This document shows positions 61,026 to 64,000 of a stretch of 64,000 nt of DNA, piece after piece. The stretch is from assembly GCA_965285935.1 (NCBI GenBank), contig OZ260661.1, positions 20,646,001 to 20,710,000 on the forward strand. Direction: 5' to 3'. The stretch's first letter is position 1; each line of letters starts with the position of its first letter. Under the pieces are notes generated by a model that made no database searches, was not told the DNA's origin, and was given only the letters and a program-made list of their open reading frames with translations. A program made the position numbers and the translations under genes. The DNA is from Ophelia neglecta. Lineage: Eukaryota.

Positions 61026-61928
61026 ATCTTGTATTTGTTGATGAAAACATCACCCGCTCACGCGTTGAGGGAACAACTAGGCCGTTGTACATTTATCGCA
61101 AGACAGTGTTGCACTGACACGGGCATATGCATATACTATAAGGACTAGCTACGTTAAGGCCACGTCAAAGTGGTTTTTGTCTTACCTTTTTTTAGGCAAA
61201 TGAGTTGACTTTCGTTTGTTTACGACATCAAAGCGTCAAATTACCGATTTAACATATTTTTTTTACCGGCCGATCTCTTCATGGGAGGAGACCCCAAACC
61301 TAGAGGGGGGTCTGAAGTTAATGCCCCCAGAACCCCCTCTGGGATGGCATGACATCACCACACCCTTTTAGAAGGGGAGAGGGGGTGTCTGATGGCAAAA
61401 CCACCCCCTCCCCCTTTCAGACAAACAAGCCACTCGTTCCGAGTGAAAGCTCCCCTTTTTGATAGTCATGGACCCGCCCCTCTCCCGTCTCTTGCCCCGG
61501 CAGGGGGAGGGGGGGGGGGGGTGCACTCCGTCTGGAAATTGGTACATACGTGTATGTGCCACCCAGTCTTCAACCACAGGCGCAAACTCTGCAAAATTGC
61601 TGAAAACAGAGGTCAATATTCTACATTTAACCTAACTTTATGGATCGACGAATATCTTCATCAACTTTTAGCTAAAAACAGGGGGTCGAAATTCTACATA
61701 GGTCGAAAAGGGGGGTCGAACCGGCGGCACATATGTAATAACCTCAGTATACAGAGTGCCCTCCCCCCCCCCCCCCGGACCCTTGCCAGTCCTGCCCTGT
61801 CGTCTGCCCTACCTCACTTCTCTCCGTCAGACGTGAGAATCAATTCCGAGTTCCTCGCCTCAACGGATTAGGTCTAGCAGACCATGTGATCCATCGCAGA
61901 CGACATTATTTCTATCCAGCTTTGTGTG

Positions 61929-62028
61929 NNNNNNNNNNNNNNNNNNNNNNNNNNNNNNNNNNNNNNNNNNNNNNNNNNNNNNNNNNNNNNNNNNNNNNNN
62001 NNNNNNNNNNNNNNNNNNNNNNNNNNNN
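61929..62028. other. Assembly gap (100 N)
   Basis: Run of N. Confidence 0.99.
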
Positions 62029-62468
62029 CGAGGATTACTTTTCAATATACAAATGTATGATTATGCTATATCCAAACATGGTCCATTCTACAATGTATTT
62101 TGTTGTGCAAGTTGCTTTATTATGGTGTTTGCATGGGTCATCATTAAAGATCCCAAAGGAAGTGTTTTGAACAATTTCTTGGTAATTTTTTAAACGAGAT
62201 CTTTTGTAGTTGTAGTTGTATGACAAGAAGTGTAGAAATATTATGACTATAATATGTAGGTAGTACATGTGTAATCATAATTAACATTTCACTGAAGCCA
62301 TTGATCTAAATATAGTTTATAGTTACAGGATCTGTAATGATATTCCGACAGTAAAACATATGTATAGTGAAAGTGTAATCATAAAAAAACGTGTCAGTGA
62401 AGGCTGAGATCCAAAGATTGCGAGTTGCTTATAGTTACAAGAACTGTAGAAATGGGGCCTGCTCTATA

Positions 62469-62601
62469 GTCCTACAGCCCATTGGTCCTACGACCCATTG
62501 GTCCTACGGCCCATTAGTCCTACGGCCCATTGGTCCTATTATCTCGGGCCCGGGTCCTACGACCCATTGGGCATACAGCCCATTGGTCCTACGACCCATT
62601 G
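62469..62601 (+). repeat. 16-bp tandem repeat GGTCCTACGACCCATT
   Basis: About 7 copies in two runs, ending at the LINE tail. Confidence 0.8.
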
Positions 62602-63125
62602 GATTTGGATTTGGATTTTTGGGGCTTAACGACACATAGACACCATGTGGGTCATTTAGTGTCTTAAGTTTGGTGTTTATTGTTCATTGTACTGTCTATT
62701 TTTATTTACATGGGGATATTCGTAAGAAGTAAGAGGTTATTGAGCTCTATTTCATAAAAAATCTTCTAGGTAGGTGGGTCAGATGTTTTTCTGACTAAAA
62801 TGTGTTAGTAAAGGAACATAAAAGGTTAGTTGTTTAATAAATAGATAAAAGAAAGTTCCATAAACTTTCGCATTTTAAAAATGGTTTTCACGTTTAAGAT
62901 CTACTACATTTTGTAGTAGAGGTCTATAGACCTCAAGAAACCAAGGATCTGCTGTGGGCACACCTTGTCAAATAAGGTTTTGAGGCTGTTAACGTTATAA
63001 AAACGGTATCTAGCCTCGGCGAAATCGCTGCATAGCAACAGAATGTGTTGGATGGTTATCTGGCATTGGCAGCCCTCACAAAAAGGTGGGTCTTCTCTTC
63101 TCAGTAGGTGAGTATGTGTATAATG
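62601..63125 (-). mobile_element. 5'-truncated LINE 3' end (same family as 17727-18383)
   Basis: Encodes SHYTHTHLLRREDPPFCEGC…DLYYKM, followed by the 3'UTR and (CCAAAT)n tail. Confidence 0.88.
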
Positions 63126-63865
63126 TGAGTTTTTTGAGAAATTTGACAGGGTATCAATAGTGTACCAGTCCTGTGTTAAAAATGTATTCAATGATTGAGA
63201 TAATTGAATGCATAGTTTACTGACAAAAGTAAAGTTCAATAATAAGGACGTAGAATAAGACTTGCATATAATTACCACATAACCGGTAGTTAACTCAGAT
63301 TGGTATACATTCAAAGTGCAACATTCACTCCAACCAATACCACGTACAAAGAGAATTTTCAAAAGGTATTTTCTGCAGTTTGACACAACATATCTTGTGT
63401 CAAATTATATTCTTCATGCTTATAAGTTTATATATTGTAACCAAATCTCAAACCGTATCCCCTATTTGGTACACATGATAAGATATTTGCATGATATGAT
63501 GGTCTTAAAACAGCCTCTCTGAGAGAATATACCAAAATAGCTAAATTAATTATATTTTTAACTATTTTCTTCCAAAGATTATCTTAAGTTAATAAAATGA
63601 AGTAACTCTTAAATATAGTAAAGGATTTTGGTTAAACTATTCAGTCTTTTTTCTAGTACATACCATTCCTGATAAATCAGTAACATAATTTTGAGATATT
63701 TTTAAAGTTTACACTACATGTTTTGTTTTGTTGTTTTTTTGCACAACTAGACGCTATCAGAACAAGCTTAGGTTATAAATGAGTCATTGTCATCAATTGC
63801 CTTTCCTTTTGGTATCGTAATATGTACACATGACCATACAAGAATTATATTTTCCATTATTTCAG

Positions 63866-64000
63866 GCTGTGCGATGGACTCAAGAGGCTGGGAGTGCTTG
63901 ATTCACTCAGATCCCACCCAGATATTTGCAGGGAAGCCTTTATCTTTACTCCCAGATGTGTAACAGCTCGGTCAATAGTGGCCTTGTACAGCAATGTGAA
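63866..64000 (+). CDS. Probable exon of a G2E3-like HECT-domain protein (runs off the window)
   Basis: Pyrimidine-rich acceptor TTTCAG, then an open frame LCDGLKRLGVLDSLRSHPDICREAFIFTPRCVTARSIVALYSNV. This resembles the 'GL..LGVL..I..HP' segment of G2E3-type HECT domains. Confidence 0.55.

Noticed and set aside
58100-61800. Gly/Pro-rich ORFs and G-quadruplex-like tracts
   Set aside because: They arise from poly-G/C homopolymers common throughout the window; no coding signal, and homopolymer lengths are unreliable.
61860-62193. ORFs spanning the N run
   Set aside because: Artefacts of the assembly gap.

Overview
AT-rich, repeat-dense eukaryotic nuclear DNA, most likely from an invertebrate metazoan (spliceosomal introns, poly-G/C tracts, a 100-N gap at 61929-62028). 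No complete host protein gene is visible; there is one probable HECT-like exon at the right edge. The backbone is a dispersed cluster of 19 intron-containing tRNA-Tyr(GTA) genes and pseudogenes plus 2 fragments. These spread by duplication with their flanks: tandem units at 18-24 kb and an inverted arrangement at 36-51 kb. The cluster is heavily colonised by transposons: (1) an apparently intact 6.27-kb ISL2EU/IS4EU (PHIS group) DNA transposon with AT TSD, a spliced THAP-DDE transposase and a convergent SAP-SWIM-YqaJ exonuclease gene; (2) a Gmr1-type Ty3/Gypsy element (PR-IN-RT-RH order) whose gag is broken by a 193-bp inverted copy of its own RNase H region; (3) a pogo/Tigger transposase with 8 related MITEs; (4) a hAT remnant; (5) a THAP remnant whose terminus sits inside a tRNA gene; (6) LINE 3' ends and SINEs; (7) a 44-bp palindromic mini-element with a 7-bp TSD inside a tRNA intron. 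All coordinates were counted by hand and family assignments come from motif recognition, not database searches.
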